Counted from the stretch's first letter, positions 45,198-55,283 are shown. The stretch is DNA of 64,000 nt from Pseudomonadota bacterium (GCA_038526275.1 JBCBGY010000001.1:16344-80343), one strand, 5' to 3'. Notes: generated by a model not told the origin, from the letters alone. Translations and numbers: made by a program.

Positions 45198-47291
45198 TCA
45201 TAGTTTGGTTCCTTCGATCACCCACATCGTTTCCGGCGGTGACCATGGCAGCGTAACGCCTTGCTGCATCAGCCAAGCTCCCGGCAGGTCGACCGGCCCG
45301 GACTTCAACTGCGGTGTGCCGCGCGACAGGGTATGGATCTCGTCGCGATTGGCCAAATCAACCCGATAGATCGCGTCTGGATCCAATCGCGTCAGGCGCA
45401 GCGGGCGCGGCGTGATCTGGGCAGAGGTCGCGGCCTTGCCCGCGAACGCCACAAATCGGGCGCCGTCCTGGCTCAAATGCTGTTCGGCCAGCACAGCCGG
45501 ATCCGCACTGTCGAGCCGCAAAATATCCGCCGCGATCAACCAGTCCCGGTTGGTCTTCCACCAGGCCGTGACCTTGCGCAGAACGGCTTCTTCCCGGTCC
45601 GTCAGTTCACGCGGGTCCATTTCAAACCCCATATGCCGCTGGGCTGCGACCCAGGCGCGGAAGGCGATATCAAGCGTCCTGCCGGATGTGTGACAGTGCC
45701 GCGGGCCCACATGGCTGCCGGTCACCGCAAGCGGCAGGAACAGGGCCGCATCGTGCTGGATCCTCAGGCGTTCCAGAGCATCGTTGCTATCAGACAGCCA
45801 AACCCTTTGGGTCCGACTGAGAATGCCGTAATCGATGCGCCCACCGCCAGAGGCACAGCTTTCGATCTCGACCTGCGGGAAAGCTGCGCGCAGCCTATCA
45901 ATCAGATCATAGGTCCCACGGCATTGCGCGGCATCAGATACCGGCAGAACCCGGTTATGGTCCCATTTGATATAATCGATGTCATGGGCGTGCAGGATCG
46001 CGCCAATCACCTGAAACAGATGATCCCGCACATCGTCCCGCGCCATATCTAAGACCAACTGCTGCCGACCCAGCGGCTGACTTGCCGGGCCCAGTACCCA
46101 CTCAGGATGTGTTCTCTGCAGGTCGGAGTCCGGGTTGACCATCTCTGGCTCGAACCACAGCCCAAAGCTCATCCCGCATGTGTGGACATGGTCAATCAGC
46201 GGGCCAAGCCCGTCGGGATATTTGCGCGGGTCCACCTGCCAATCGCCCAGCGACGTGGTATCGCTGTCCCGCCGCCCGAACCAACCGTCGTCCAAAACGA
46301 AACGTTCCGCGCCCAGATCCGCCGCGCGGTCGGCAATCTCGCACAGAGCGTCAAGACTATGGTCGAAATAGACGGTTTCCCAGCAATTGTAATGCACGGG
46401 TCGCGACGCTTTCGGCCAAGTCACAATGCGGTCTCGCACGTGGCGCTGGAACGCAGTGGCACAACCATTCGAACCCTCGCTGGAATAGCTCAGGTAAAGC
46501 GGCGCGGTTTCAAAACGGGTACCTAGAGCCTGCTCAGATCCCGCAGCATGGCCAAACTGCACCTGTCGACGACCATCGGGCAGTTCCTCCGCCACCATCC
46601 GATGCCCGCCCGACCATCCATAGTGAAAAGCCCAGACCTCGCCTTTTGTGTTGGTCGCGCCGCGCGCTGGAATCAGGAGGCCCGGAAAATGTTCGTGCCC
46701 CGTCCGGCCCGTCGGATTTTCGCGCAACCTGCCACCGGCAGACCACGGGATGTGGTTCAGTTGAAACTCACCACACCAGCGGCCAGCCACATCCATCATC
46801 TCATCAGAAAGCTGCGGCCCGGGCATGGCGGGCGCCGCCAGCCAGATCACGCGAACCGGATCCTCAGCTTGCAGTTCCGCCCGCGCCTCAAGGATGCCGC
46901 CTTGCAAGGCGAAATGCGCGCGATAGATCAAGCGGTTCGCCTGATCACGGTAAGTGAGCGTCAGGGTGTCACCCTGTTCCTCCGCATTTTGGAAAGAGAA
47001 AAGCGGCCGGATCGGCGCACCATCAGCCGTTTGCACGATCAATCCCGGCTGTCCGGGAAAAGTGCGGGACGTCTCAGGGCAAATCGAAAGCTCAGGCGCC
47101 TCGTCCAACATCCCGCCGGTCACGTCGGGTTGCTGCGCTGCAAGCAGCGTCTCGACCGAAACATCCGGCATCGGCCCACCCCAATGGACCACCTGCGGCA
47201 GGCGACCGTCCCGCGCAGCCAGGATCAGGCACTGTTGGTCATTCTGTAACCGCCAACCTTGCAAGGTCTGTGCCATTGTCCCATCCGGCAT
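45198..47291 (-). CDS. Alpha-galactosidase (GH36)
   Basis: PVHYNCWE, RFVLDDGWFG, FGLWFEPEMV, YIKWDHNR, IESCASGGGRID, WLSDSND. Confidence 0.93.
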   Translation of the reverse strand: MPDGTMAQTLQGWRLQNDQQCLILAARDGRLPQVVHWGGPMPDVSVETLLAAQQPDVTGGMLDEAPELSICPETSRTFPGQPGLIVQTADGAPIRPLFSFQNAEEQGDTLTLTYRDQANRLIYRAHFALQGGILEARAELQAEDPVRVIWLAAPAMPGPQLSDEMMDVAGRWCGEFQLNHIPWSAGGRLRENPTGRTGHEHFPGLLIPARGATNTKGEVWAFHYGWSGGHRMVAEELPDGRRQVQFGHAAGSEQALGTRFETAPLYLSYSSEGSNGCATAFQRHVRDRIVTWPKASRPVHYNCWETVYFDHSLDALCEIADRAADLGAERFVLDDGWFGRRDSDTTSLGDWQVDPRKYPDGLGPLIDHVHTCGMSFGLWFEPEMVNPDSDLQRTHPEWVLGPASQPLGRQQLVLDMARDDVRDHLFQVIGAILHAHDIDYIKWDHNRVLPVSDAAQCRGTYDLIDRLRAAFPQVEIESCASGGGRIDYGILSRTQRVWLSDSNDALERLRIQHDAALFLPLAVTGSHVGPRHCHTSGRTLDIAFRAWVAAQRHMGFEMDPRELTDREEAVLRKVTAWWKTNRDWLIAADILRLDSADPAVLAEQHLSQDGARFVAFAGKAATSAQITPRPLRLTRLDPDAIYRVDLANRDEIHTLSRGTPQLKSGPVDLPGAWLMQQGVTLPWSPPETMWVIEGTKL

Positions 47292-47294
47292 GGC

Positions 47295-48143
47295 TTACTT
47301 CACGGCTCCAAGGGTCAGTCCTGCGATGAAATGCTTCTGCATGATGAAGAACATCGCCACCGGTGGCAGCGCCGCCACGATGCTGCCCGCACTCATCAGG
47401 TGGTACGCGGCCCGGTATTGCGCGTTAAAGCTGGTGATCCCGGCGGTCACAGGCTGGCTTTCCACGCCTTGCGTCAGCACGACGGCCCAGAAATAGTCAT
47501 TCCAGATGAAGGTGAAGACCAACACCGCCATTGCCGCCAGCGCAGGCTTCATCAACGGCAGAACCACAAACCAAAAGATCCGCCATTCCGCCACGCCTTC
47601 GACCCGCGCTGCTTCGATCAACTCATAGGGCAAGGCACGGATAAAGTTCCGCATGAACAGCGTGCAGAACCCTGTCTGAAAAGCGATATGGAACAGAACC
47701 AGGCCCGGGATCGTGTTATAAAGCCCCAAATCCAGCGTCAGCTCCCGCACAGGCACCATGAGGATCTGAAACGGTACGAAATTGCCCGCCACAAACATAA
47801 AGAAGATCCACAGATTGGCCCGGAACCGATAAATCCCCAGCGCAAAACCTGTCATCGACGACAGAACAACGCATCCCACCACGGTCGGCACCGTGATGAA
47901 GACCGAGTTCAACAAGTAACGCGGCATATCGCTTTCGAAGAACACTCGGGCATAGTTGGCGAATCCGTTAAATTCGGACGGCCACCCCCAATAGTTTCCT
48001 TGCGAAAAATCGCCTTCCGGCTTGACCGAGAAAATCGCCACCGCGATCAGCGGTAAAAGCCAGAAAAGAAGCGCCAGCGGCAAAAGCCCCTGGTAGGTCA
48101 ATTGCCAGGATCGTGGCGTGTTCTCAATCGGGGTAGGAAACAT
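47295..48143 (-). CDS. Carbohydrate ABC transporter permease
   Basis: EAA loop LPYELIEAARVEG, FIWNDYFW, QKHFIAGL. Confidence 0.92.
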   Translation of the reverse strand: MFPTPIENTPRSWQLTYQGLLPLALLFWLLPLIAVAIFSVKPEGDFSQGNYWGWPSEFNGFANYARVFFESDMPRYLLNSVFITVPTVVGCVVLSSMTGFALGIYRFRANLWIFFMFVAGNFVPFQILMVPVRELTLDLGLYNTIPGLVLFHIAFQTGFCTLFMRNFIRALPYELIEAARVEGVAEWRIFWFVVLPLMKPALAAMAVLVFTFIWNDYFWAVVLTQGVESQPVTAGITSFNAQYRAAYHLMSAGSIVAALPPVAMFFIMQKHFIAGLTLGAVK

Positions 48144-48502
48144 CAGGACTGCCCTTCCCGTTCTGGCAAAGCCTTTCGGACCTTGGCGGGCAGTTTCGCG
48201 CGGATCAGATCGTAAGAGGCAAGGATGCGGTGCCGCAACTCGCCCGCGTCCGTTTCCTCCGGAAGCAAGATCCAGGATTTGTGCATGTAAGGCGCCTTGG
48301 AACCTACACCGGCGTCTATCAGCAAGGCAGCCGTTTCGACGTCGGGCGTTTTGACCGACACACCCATGGTGACCGCCCCAATGCCGGCAAACATCTTCTC
48401 TCCCACTTTCCAGACCTCATGCCCGCCGCCCCAAGGGTCAGAGACCTCAGCCCCCGGCAAGGTGCCGCAAATCTCCGCAACACGGGTGCGAAACGCATTC
48501 AT
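48143..48502 (-). CDS. MmcQ/YjbR family protein
   Basis: LPGAEVSDPWGGGHEVWKVGEKMFA..KAPYMHKSWI..LASYDLIRAKLP; overlaps both neighbours. Confidence 0.8.
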   Translation of the reverse strand: MNAFRTRVAEICGTLPGAEVSDPWGGGHEVWKVGEKMFAGIGAVTMGVSVKTPDVETAALLIDAGVGSKAPYMHKSWILLPEETDAGELRHRILASYDLIRAKLPAKVRKALPEREGQS

Positions 48503-49431
48503 CGCCGGCCCTCCTGCTCCTCGCGGAACATCGACCACAAGAAGTAGGCGATGAAGCAAAGCATGATCAAAAACAGAACCACGGCGATTGCGGCGCCATA
48601 ACCCATCCGGAAGCCATATTCCGACAATGCCACCTCGAACATGTAAAAGCTGAGAACCCGACTTTCCCCAAACGGTCCGCCATTTGTCATGATCGAAATC
48701 AGATCGAACGACCGCAATGCGCCAATGATCGTGACCACGAAGGCAATGAAAGTGGCCGGACGAAGCTGCGGCAATATGATGTACCAAAGCATCCGCGCGC
48801 CTTTGGCCCCATCCAGCCGCCCCGCCTCGATCTGCTCAGGATCCACCGCATTCAAGCCGGTCAGATAAAGGATCATGCAGTAGGCCGTCTGCGGCCAAAG
48901 CCCCGCCGCAATGATCCCGTATGTCACGTATCTTTCATCGCCCAGCACATTCAGCGGCCCCATCCCGAAAAGACCCAGAAAACTGTTCAGCAGCCCGAAG
49001 GTCGGATCATAGAACCAGGTGAAGACCAACCCGACCACGACCTGTGAAATGACGAACGGAAAGAAAAACAACGACTTGTAAAGCCGGATCCCGGTGACGG
49101 TCTGGTTCAAAAACAGCGCTATGAACAAACCCGCCGGAATGGCCAGAAGATACAAAAGCAACCAAATCAGATTATTGCGCAGCGACACATAAAACGCATC
49201 ATCATCCAGCAATTCGCCGTAATTCTCCATCCCGACATAGGTGGCCTCGCCGAGCCCGTCCCATCGAAAGAGCGACAGGTTAAAGCTCTGAAAGATCGGG
49301 AAAATCACGTAAAATGCAAAAAACAGCACACCCGGCGCCAAGAATAGCCAAGGTGTCAACGCAATCTCATTGCGACGAAACCAGCTTCGGGTGGCAGGGG
49401 TCACCGCGCTACTTATTGTCGTCTCGGCCAT
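48499..49431 (-). CDS. Carbohydrate ABC transporter permease
   Basis: YKSLFFFPFVIS, EAA loop EQIEAGRLDGA, LRSFDLI. Confidence 0.92.
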   Translation of the reverse strand: MAETTISSAVTPATRSWFRRNEIALTPWLFLAPGVLFFAFYVIFPIFQSFNLSLFRWDGLGEATYVGMENYGELLDDDAFYVSLRNNLIWLLLYLLAIPAGLFIALFLNQTVTGIRLYKSLFFFPFVISQVVVGLVFTWFYDPTFGLLNSFLGLFGMGPLNVLGDERYVTYGIIAAGLWPQTAYCMILYLTGLNAVDPEQIEAGRLDGAKGARMLWYIILPQLRPATFIAFVVTIIGALRSFDLISIMTNGGPFGESRVLSFYMFEVALSEYGFRMGYGAAIAVVLFLIMLCFIAYFLWSMFREEQEGRR

Positions 49432-49492
49432 CGCACTACCAACTCTCAGGGTCGCTCTGAAACAGGGCCCAGCGCTTGGGCTGGGCGGCGAC

Positions 49493-49549
49493 GGGGGCAA
49501 GCGTGGAACGCGCGCCCCCGGACATGGCGTAAGGGGGCTCTGCCCCCTT
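49493..49549. repeat. Two GC-rich hairpins (REP-like) between SBP and permease genes
   Basis: GGGGGC..GCCCCC at 49493-49519 and AAGGGGGC-TCT-GCCCCCTT at 49531-49549; related GAGGGG-TCTGG-CCCCTC at 18556-18572. Confidence 0.55.
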
Positions 49550-49557
49550 GCATTTTC

Positions 49558-50823
49558 TTAGTAGATCCGGCCGCGGGCTTTCTCCAAACGGTCGAGGATC
49601 CGATCAAGGTTGTCAGGCTTGACCATAAACTCCTGGAAGCCTTCCATGGCAACCTTTGCCATCTCAGCCGGAGCATCCCGGTCAAAGAACTGTGCCACAC
49701 CACCGGGGCTATTGGACGACAGCATCTCAAAACCCTCGTTCAGGAACTTGTCGTTGTCCACGGAAGATGAGGCATTGACCGGAAGCTGACCCAGATTCTC
49801 ACCGTTATTGATCAGCGTCTGATTGTCCGCGGACACCACGAATTTCAAAAACTCCCGTGCCGCTTCTTTGTTGGCGGCATTGGCAGGAATGTGAAACGTG
49901 TCGGTCGGCGCATCTTCCGCCAGTTCAACATCCGCGTTGATCGCCGGGAACTGATGGAAATCAAGCTTGCTGTCATCCAGCCCACCATCGCGCAGCGGCG
50001 CCACGGCGAAGTTGCCTTTCAGGATCGCACCCGCACTACCATCCACGATGAACGGCAAGGATTCCTGCCAGCTATAGGCAGTATGATTGTCCACGAACGC
50101 ACCCATATCGATCAGTTCGCGCCAGTTGGCAAAGGTCTCTTTTACCTTGTCGTCGGTCCAGGGAACTTCGCCATTGGTCAGTGCGGCATGGAAATCATAG
50201 CCATGGGTCCGCATGTTCAGATAGTCAAACCAGCCACCAGCGGTCCAAAGGAACTTGGTGCCAATCGTAAAGCACTTGCGACCTGAATCGAGCATCGCCT
50301 GGCAGTTCGCTTTGAACGTCTCCCAGTCGGCGGGCTCTTCCAGACCAAGCTCCTCATAGATATCTTTGCGATAGTAGACGCCCCACTGATAGTAGGTATA
50401 GGGCACACCCCATTGCTTACCATCGAGAGTCATCGCTCCCTTGGTCGATGCCAGGTTCTCCGCGATCTCTGGCTCAGCCCAAAGGTCGGACACATCCTCA
50501 AAAAGTCCAGCTTCCACGTAAGGCCGCATTCGGTTAGCAGCGTACCAGTTGGCGACATCAGGGGGATTAGCTGTCAGGAAGTTGCGGATCTGCGTCTTGT
50601 AGGCTTCCCGGTCGATCACGGTCAGTTCGATGTTCAAGTCGGGATGCAATGCACCAAACCGTTCGACCATACCTTCCATCACGGCGCGCGGTGCCGGGTT
50701 CGACATGTCGGAGAAGATCTTCAAATCGCCAGACAGTTTGGCATGGCTGTCTGCATGGGCGCTACCGGCCAGCAATGCCGCAGCAGCAAGCGCCGCGAAC
50801 GACGCTTTCACTTTGAATGTCAT
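49558..50823 (-). CDS. Carbohydrate (alpha-galactoside) ABC transporter substrate-binding protein
   Basis: Signal peptide, DREAYKTQIRNFL, GVPYTYYQWG, QFFDRD; GGAGGA RBS. Confidence 0.9.
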   Translation of the reverse strand: MTFKVKASFAALAAAALLAGSAHADSHAKLSGDLKIFSDMSNPAPRAVMEGMVERFGALHPDLNIELTVIDREAYKTQIRNFLTANPPDVANWYAANRMRPYVEAGLFEDVSDLWAEPEIAENLASTKGAMTLDGKQWGVPYTYYQWGVYYRKDIYEELGLEEPADWETFKANCQAMLDSGRKCFTIGTKFLWTAGGWFDYLNMRTHGYDFHAALTNGEVPWTDDKVKETFANWRELIDMGAFVDNHTAYSWQESLPFIVDGSAGAILKGNFAVAPLRDGGLDDSKLDFHQFPAINADVELAEDAPTDTFHIPANAANKEAAREFLKFVVSADNQTLINNGENLGQLPVNASSSVDNDKFLNEGFEMLSSNSPGGVAQFFDRDAPAEMAKVAMEGFQEFMVKPDNLDRILDRLEKARGRIY

Positions 50824-50851
50824 GTGGTCCTCCCTGGGTCGCATCATTTTT

Positions 50852-50870
50852 AGTTCCATTATTCGGAACT
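50852..50870. promoter_or_regulatory. Palindromic operator candidate for the divergent IclR regulator
   Basis: AGTTCC-ATTATTC-GGAACT inverted repeat in the SBP/IclR divergent promoter. Confidence 0.5.
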
Positions 50871-50977
50871 TAGTTTTGCATATTGAAATTCTAAATGCGA
50901 CTCGCCTATGTTTGTCAACAGGGGTCTTCATTGGTTGGTTGCCGAATTCGACCCAAGGGTAATGCGGGGAAGCGTGG

Positions 50978-51793
50978 ATGGCGTCCAGTGACGGGACGGT
51001 GGGAAAGGCCTTGGAGGTATTGGACCTCGTCGCTTCCTTTCATCGGCCCGTTCGGTTTTCCGATCTGCTGGAACGGTCCGACCACCCCAAAGCCACGCTC
51101 TACCGTCTGGTGCAGACACTTACCAATCAGGGCATGCTAAGCCACGACCCTGATACGGGAAACTATTCCCTCGGTATTCGATTGGTCCGGCTCGCCCATG
51201 CAGCCTGGCACACCGGTTCGCTTGCCCCCCGCGCCCGTCCGCATCTGGACGCACTGGCACAAGCCGCCGGTGAAACCGTCCATCTGGCGCAACTCGACAA
51301 TGCCCAGGTGCTCTATGTGGATAAACGCTATGGCCGCGATGCGGTGGAAATGTACAGCCAGGCCGGTAAGGTCGGACCGGCCTTTTGCACCGGTGTCGGC
51401 AAGGCGATGCTGGCCTGGCTGCCGGAAAGCCAGCTTCAACAGCTTCTACCACAGCAATCCTTTCACCGTTTCACCCCGTCCACGCTCACATCCGAGGCGG
51501 ACTTGCGCACGGAGCTGTTGGCCATACGCGACAGGGGCTTCGCCTATGACCGCGAAGAACACGAACCCGGTATCATCTGCGTCGCAGTCCCAATTCTTGG
51601 CCCCACGGATCGGGTGTTAGGTGCCATAAGCGTCACCGGTTCGACGGGGCGCACCGATCTCAAAACACTGGAAGCCCTGCTTCCCAAACTACAAAACACG
51701 GCCAAGCGCATTGCGGAGGAAGCCACGACGTGGACATTCCCTGTGCCGCATGAAAGCTTGGAACAACGGGAGGAAGTGAAATGTCCGGTGTGA
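50978..51793 (+). CDS. IclR family transcriptional regulator
   Basis: GTVGKALEVL..PKATLYRLVQTL; GETVHLA; CTGVGKAML; YDREEHEPG. Confidence 0.92.
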   Translation: MASSDGTVGKALEVLDLVASFHRPVRFSDLLERSDHPKATLYRLVQTLTNQGMLSHDPDTGNYSLGIRLVRLAHAAWHTGSLAPRARPHLDALAQAAGETVHLAQLDNAQVLYVDKRYGRDAVEMYSQAGKVGPAFCTGVGKAMLAWLPESQLQQLLPQQSFHRFTPSTLTSEADLRTELLAIRDRGFAYDREEHEPGIICVAVPILGPTDRVLGAISVTGSTGRTDLKTLEALLPKLQNTAKRIAEEATTWTFPVPHESLEQREEVKCPV

Positions 51794-52839
51794 CGCTGGA
51801 AGGGGTGGTGAAACGCTATGGCGACATACAGGTCATACACGGCGTAAATCTCGACATTGCAGATGGGGAGTTTTGCGTCTTCGTGGGCCCATCGGGCTGC
51901 GGCAAATCCACATTGTTGCGCATGGTGGCCGGTCTGGAAAAGACGACCGAGGGTCAGATCCACATTGGCGCCCGCGATGTGACGACCATGGATCCGTCCG
52001 AGCGTGGTGTTGCCATGGTCTTTCAAACCTATGCGCTTTACCCGCACATGTCTGTTGCCCAGAATATGGGGTTCGGTCTGAAAATGACTGGCCATGCCAA
52101 GGCCGAGATCGATGAAAAGGTGGCCAAGGCCAGCGAGATCCTGAAGCTGGACGAATATCTGGATCGCAAACCCAAAGCGCTGTCTGGCGGGCAGCGGCAG
52201 CGTGTCGCCATTGGCCGCGCCATCGTGCGAGGACCGGAAGTCTTTCTTTTCGACGAGCCTTTGTCGAACCTGGACGCAGAGCTGCGCGTGGAAATGCGTG
52301 TGGAAATCGCCCGGCTCCATAAGGAGCTGGGTGTCACGATGATCTATGTCACCCATGACCAGGTGGAGGCGATGACGCTCGCCGACAAAATTGTAGTGCT
52401 TCGCGCCGGCAAGATCGAACAGGTCGGCGCCCCCATGGATCTTTACCGCGACCCCGACAACAAATTCGTGGCCGGTTTCATTGGCAGCCCGGCCATGAAC
52501 TTCGTGGCGGGCAAGGTCAACGGCGTGGCCATTGATGCGCCAGGCGGCGGCGGGGCGATTACTTTGCCGCAGAAGCTGCCTGAAAGCGGTCGACCGGTTT
52601 CCGTTGGGTTGCGGCCCGAACATCTGCAGGTCGACCCTTCGGGCGACACGCATCTTGTCGAACTGACAGAGGCCCTGGGCGGCGTGTCATATGCCTATCT
52701 GACGGCAAGCACTGGCGAAAAGTTGATCGTCGAAGAGCGAGGGGCCAATCGGTCCCGCGCCGGAGAACGCGTCGGTCTTACGATCACGCCAGAGGAAGCC
52801 ATGCTGTTCGATGCGGATACCGGCCTGAGGTTGCGCTAA
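51781..52839 (+). CDS. Carbohydrate ABC transporter ATP-binding protein (MalK/UgpC-like)
   Basis: GPSGCGKS, FQTYALYPHM, LSGGQRQR, DEPLSNLD, YVTHDQ. Confidence 0.95.
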   Translation: MSGVTLEGVVKRYGDIQVIHGVNLDIADGEFCVFVGPSGCGKSTLLRMVAGLEKTTEGQIHIGARDVTTMDPSERGVAMVFQTYALYPHMSVAQNMGFGLKMTGHAKAEIDEKVAKASEILKLDEYLDRKPKALSGGQRQRVAIGRAIVRGPEVFLFDEPLSNLDAELRVEMRVEIARLHKELGVTMIYVTHDQVEAMTLADKIVVLRAGKIEQVGAPMDLYRDPDNKFVAGFIGSPAMNFVAGKVNGVAIDAPGGGGAITLPQKLPESGRPVSVGLRPEHLQVDPSGDTHLVELTEALGGVSYAYLTASTGEKLIVEERGANRSRAGERVGLTITPEEAMLFDADTGLRLR

Positions 52840-52903
52840 GCCGTAGCAGCCTGCGAACAGATCAAATTCAACGTGCAATCTGCAAAACGCCTTGGGCAGA
52901 GCG

Positions 52904-53905
52904 TCAGCGGATGCGGGCCACGACGTAATCCGCCAGATCCAGTAACATGGTCTTGAGGTCATGGTCGGGCAAAGTGCTCAATGCCGCCTTGGCCTTGTCC
53001 GCCCAGGCCACGGCTTCCGTTCGGGTAGCCGCCATGGTGCCATGCCGGTCCAGCAGACCAAGCGCGTGATCCAGATCACCTTCGTGCTGATCGCCCTGTT
53101 CAATCACCCGCCGCCAGAAGGTTCGTTCCTCATCATCGGCCAAGGCGACCGCCTTGATCACCGGCATCGTCAACTTCCGCTCGCGGAAGTCGTCTCCCAC
53201 ATTCTTGCCCGTGGCTTGGGCGTCACCGCCATAGTCCAGCAGGTCATCCACAATCTGGAAGCTGATCCCTAGTGCATCGCCATAGGTTCGAAGGGCATCA
53301 ACCTGTGCGTCCGGCACACCGGCAATGACACCGCCAACCTCTGTCGCAGCGGAGAATAAGGCGGCGGTCTTGCCGCGTATGACCTTCAGGTAAATCGCTT
53401 CGTCGGTCGCAAGATCCTGCGACGCCGTCAGCTGCAACACTTCGCCTTCGGCAATTGTGGCCGCCGCATTGGACAGAATATCGAGCACCCGCAAGCTGCC
53501 AGTCTCAACCATCAACTGGAAGCTGCGCGCAAACAGGTAGTCACCCACCAACACGCTCGATTTGTTGTCCCAAAGCAGGTTGGCCGTGGGCCGCCCGCGT
53601 CGCTGGCCGCTTTCATCAACGACATCGTCGTGCAGCAGCGTGGCGGTGTGAATGAATTCAACCGTGGCCGCCAAATGGATATGATACTGCCCCTCATAGC
53701 CACACATCCGCGCCGTGGCGAGCGTCAGCATCGGGCGCAACCGCTTGCCGCCGGCCTCGACCAGATGAGCGGAAACTTCAGGGATGCGCGGGGCATGCTC
53801 AGAAGCCATCCGCTCTCGAATAAGATCATTTACGGCACCCAAATCTTCGGCCAACACCTCGGCCAGGCGCTCGTGTGGTTTCTCGCTGGTATGGTCCAGG
53901 CCCAT
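52904..53905 (-). CDS. Polyprenyl diphosphate synthase (IspB/DdsA-like)
   Basis: GGKRLRP, LLHDDVVDES..RRG, GKT, FQIVDDLLD. Confidence 0.93.
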   Translation of the reverse strand: MGLDHTSEKPHERLAEVLAEDLGAVNDLIRERMASEHAPRIPEVSAHLVEAGGKRLRPMLTLATARMCGYEGQYHIHLAATVEFIHTATLLHDDVVDESGQRRGRPTANLLWDNKSSVLVGDYLFARSFQLMVETGSLRVLDILSNAAATIAEGEVLQLTASQDLATDEAIYLKVIRGKTAALFSAATEVGGVIAGVPDAQVDALRTYGDALGISFQIVDDLLDYGGDAQATGKNVGDDFRERKLTMPVIKAVALADDEERTFWRRVIEQGDQHEGDLDHALGLLDRHGTMAATRTEAVAWADKAKAALSTLPDHDLKTMLLDLADYVVARIR

Positions 53906-53951
53906 CACTTCACTCGACATTCTGGGGACAAAGCCCTTAAGTCTTTGGGTT

Positions 53952-54179
53952 ATGAGGGAAGTCTTACGCACAACCGATCCGACGATCATCGCTTATGCCC
54001 AGGCTTTGCTCTCGGGCGAGGATATAGACTGCTTCACCATTGACGTCCATATGAGCGTGCTGGAAGGGAGCATTGGCGTTTTGCCGCGGCGGCTGATGGT
54101 TCGAACCCAAGATCTGTTCATCGCCAGAGCAATCCTGACCGACAACAATATCTCTGTCACCGAAGATCCGCAGGTTTGA
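53952..54179 (+). CDS. DUF2007 domain protein
   Basis: MREVLRTTDPTIIAYAQALL..D.HMSVLEGSIGVLPRRLMV. Confidence 0.8.
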   Translation: MREVLRTTDPTIIAYAQALLSGEDIDCFTIDVHMSVLEGSIGVLPRRLMVRTQDLFIARAILTDNNISVTEDPQV

Positions 54180-54922
54180 TGGAACTGACCCGGGACGCGT
54201 TTCTTGGCGGACGCCTGAACCTGTGGCAACCGCGCGACGGCTACCGGGCTGGCGTGGACCCGGTCCTGCTCGCCGCCGCCTGTGACGCCCGTGCTGGACA
54301 GTCAGTGTTGGAGTTGGGGTGCGGTGTGGGCACGGCGATCCTGTGCCTGGGCGCGCGGGTTCCCGATATCCGACGGGTCGGGATCGAATTGCAACCTGGA
54401 CTGGCCGAACTCGCCCGTCGCAATGCTGACGAAAACCAGATCCCCTGCACCATTCATGATGGAGATTTGGCAACGATGCCGCCGGATCTGCAGGCAGAAA
54501 GTTTTGATCACGTTATTGCAAACCCGCCCTACTTTCTAAGGACGGCGGGCGATCCTGCCGAAAACGCGTCCCGAGAAACCGCGCTTGGCGAAACAACGCC
54601 ACTGGCTGTTTGGATCGACGCCGCCCGTCGTCGTCTAAAGGCGAAAGGCTACCTGACCCTGATCCACAGACCCGACCGAATGGTCGAGTTGTGCAACTGT
54701 TTGGCGGGTTTCGGAGACGTCCGGATCCGTCCGATCGCACCACGGGTCGATCGGGACGCCAGCCTGATCCTGATCCGGGCCAGAAAGGGCGCGAAAGCCC
54801 AAAGCCGCCTCTTGGCACCGATCATCATGCATGACGGTGCAAACCATGTTTCCGATAGCGATGATTATTCAGAAACTGCCCGTCAAATTTTACGCGAAGG
54901 TAAATCGCTACCGGCCTTCTAG
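54176..54922 (+). CDS. tRNA1(Val) A37 N6-methyltransferase family (TrmN6/YfiC-like)
   Basis: LWQPRDGYRAGVDPVLLA, ELGCGVG, DHVIANPPYF. Confidence 0.85.
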   Translation: MMELTRDAFLGGRLNLWQPRDGYRAGVDPVLLAAACDARAGQSVLELGCGVGTAILCLGARVPDIRRVGIELQPGLAELARRNADENQIPCTIHDGDLATMPPDLQAESFDHVIANPPYFLRTAGDPAENASRETALGETTPLAVWIDAARRRLKAKGYLTLIHRPDRMVELCNCLAGFGDVRIRPIAPRVDRDASLILIRARKGAKAQSRLLAPIIMHDGANHVSDSDDYSETARQILREGKSLPAF

Positions 54923-55062
54923 CGCAGTACACAGCCTGGTAATTAAGGTATCTTCAACGATTGAGCCGTCAGTCTGAAACAGACCGGTCAAGTAACGTGT
55001 AGGTGACACGACTCGGAAAGTGTGTTGGGATCGGGCTGTTTGAAACGACGAGAGGAGCAAAG

Positions 55063-55230
55063 ATGTCAGTTAGTGCGCATATCCAGGAACTTCGCAAAAA
55101 ACATCAAACTCTCTCAGAGCAGGTCGAACAAGAACAACGAAGCCCGGGTACAGACGCCCTGCGGATCGCCGAACTGAAGAAGCGGAAATTGCAAATTAAG
55201 GAAGAGATTACCCGCTTGTCACAGGCCTGA
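55063..55230 (+). CDS. DUF465/YdcH family protein
   Basis: MSVSAHIQELRKKHQTL..IAELKKRKLQIKEEI; GAGGAG RBS. Confidence 0.85.
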   Translation: MSVSAHIQELRKKHQTLSEQVEQEQRSPGTDALRIAELKKRKLQIKEEITRLSQA

Positions 55231-55244
55231 GTGCGATGATTGCC

Positions 55245-55268
55245 GGACCGCGGATACAACCGCGGTCC
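55245..55268. terminator. Hairpin between convergent DUF465 and phaB
   Basis: GGACCGCGG-ATACAA-CCGCGGTCC. Confidence 0.6.
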
Positions 55269-55283
55269 AACATTGATCTGTTC

